From Novosphingobium sp. (lineage in GTDB: Bacteria > Pseudomonadota > Alphaproteobacteria > Sphingomonadales > Sphingomonadaceae): a stretch of DNA of 52,281 bases. Of the stretch, positions 51,423 to 52,281 are shown piece by piece. Location: assembly GCA_043740455.1 (NCBI GenBank), contig JAYUCG010000008.1, positions 1 to 52,281 on the forward strand, written 5' to 3'. A program made the position numbers and the translations under genes. The notes beneath the pieces were generated by a model that did no database searches, was not told where the DNA came from, and saw only the letters and a program-made list of their open reading frames with translations. Numbering within the stretch: position 1 is the stretch's first letter; each line of letters opens with the position of its first letter.

Positions 51423-52281
51423 CTATTTGGGAATGAAGGCCAGCGGCATCAAGGGATGCAGCCCCCATCGGTTCGGGGCGAAGCCGCTGCTCGTGCTCAC
51501 CAACGACCAGCGGATCGGCGCGCCGAACGGGATATAGGTGTTTTCGGTGGTGAGCTGGGCTTCAGCCTGCGCATAAACCTCGAAACGCTTCGCCATCACC
51601 GGCTCGGCCTGGGCCTGCGCCACCAGCTTGTCCGCCGCCACGCTGCACAGCGCGTGGGCGTTGGCGCAGCTGAGCTGGTTGAAGAACCAGCCCGGCCGAT
51701 CATAGCGTGCCATGCGGTCAACCAAGCGGAGATCGGCATCGGCCGCCGCAGCAACGCGCTGCACATCGAGCCCGGCGGCCTTGAGATCGGCGCCGAGCCG
51801 CTCGAACAGCAAATCCGCGCCCGGCCCGGCGGGTAGCGCGATGCGCAAGGTCACCGGCCCATGCGCGGCCTTCCATTGCGCGACCCGTGCCGCGGCTTGA
51901 CTGCGGCGTTCCTCGATGCTGCGCCCAGCCCAGCGCTCGCCCACTGTCCCGTTGTCACCTTCAAGCCCGGGATTGAGGATCCTGGTGGTGGCGGTCCAGC
52001 CGCCGATGTTGAAGGCACCGATCAGCGCGTCGCGATCGAGCGCCATGGCGATCACTTCGCGATTTTCGGGCTTGGCGAGGAAGCCGTCGCCATGGACCAC
52101 GGCTAGGCCGAACAGCCCGGCTATGGGGTCAAGCCTGATCGAACCCCGCCCGATCCCGGCTACATCCAGTCGGGGGAAATCCGCAAATCCGCCGCCAAGG
52201 ACCAGATCGATGTCGCCTTGGTTGAAAAGCTTGATCGCGCGCGCTGCCGGTATTGCCGACAAACGCAGCGGACGGACCAAT
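51423..52281 (-). CDS. ABC transporter substrate-binding protein (family 5-like), C-terminal part; 5' end lies outside the window
   Basis: The frame is open to the window edge and contains REVIAMALDRDAL and a YAQAEAQL...YIPFGAP C-terminal pattern. Confidence 0.72.
   Translation of the reverse strand, partial: LVRPLRLSAIPAARAIKLFNQGDIDLVLGGGFADFPRLDVAGIGRGSIRLDPIAGLFGLAVVHGDGFLAKPENREVIAMALDRDALIGAFNIGGWTATTRILNPGLEGDNGTVGERWAGRSIEERRSQAAARVAQWKAAHGPVTLRIALPAGPGADLLFERLGADLKAAGLDVQRVAAAADADLRLVDRMARYDRPGWFFNQLSCANAHALCSVAADKLVAQAQAEPVMAKRFEVYAQAEAQLTTENTYIPFGAPIRWSLVSTSSGFAPNRWGLHPLMPLAFIPK

Overview
This is a GC-rich chromosomal segment of a sphingomonad alphaproteobacterium (Novosphingobium/Erythrobacter-like, inferred from gene content such as ctrA, a split metH and exosortase-A-associated glycosylation genes). 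It holds about 50 mostly core genes: a methionine operon (ArsR-methyltransferase regulator, metF, split metH), recQ, an SPFH/RHH operon, ribA, xth, lolA, rpmG, ppk2, phhA, uppP, an ABC exporter, phaZ, thiolase/MaoC, gltBD, ung, rnd-lptC-lptA, mutS, maeB, citE-like, tauE, a racemase, trmB and ctrA. I found no rRNA, tRNA, CRISPR array, prophage or transposase, and I cannot claim a demonstrably new system. The best second-look items are: (1) a CGTC-type REP doublet inside the met operon that forms an ORF translationally coupled to both neighbours; (2) an unannotated structured sRNA candidate between xth and lolA; (3) an SPFH + ribbon-helix-helix + small membrane protein operon with a palindromic operator; (4) a nucleotidyltransferase pseudogene with two in-frame TAGs, fused to an apparent glycosyltransferase 3' remnant; (5) two more REP-like families, two single-base frameshifts, three EcfG-like promoters and several small unannotated ORFs. 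Product calls come from recognising motifs by eye; no database searches were run.
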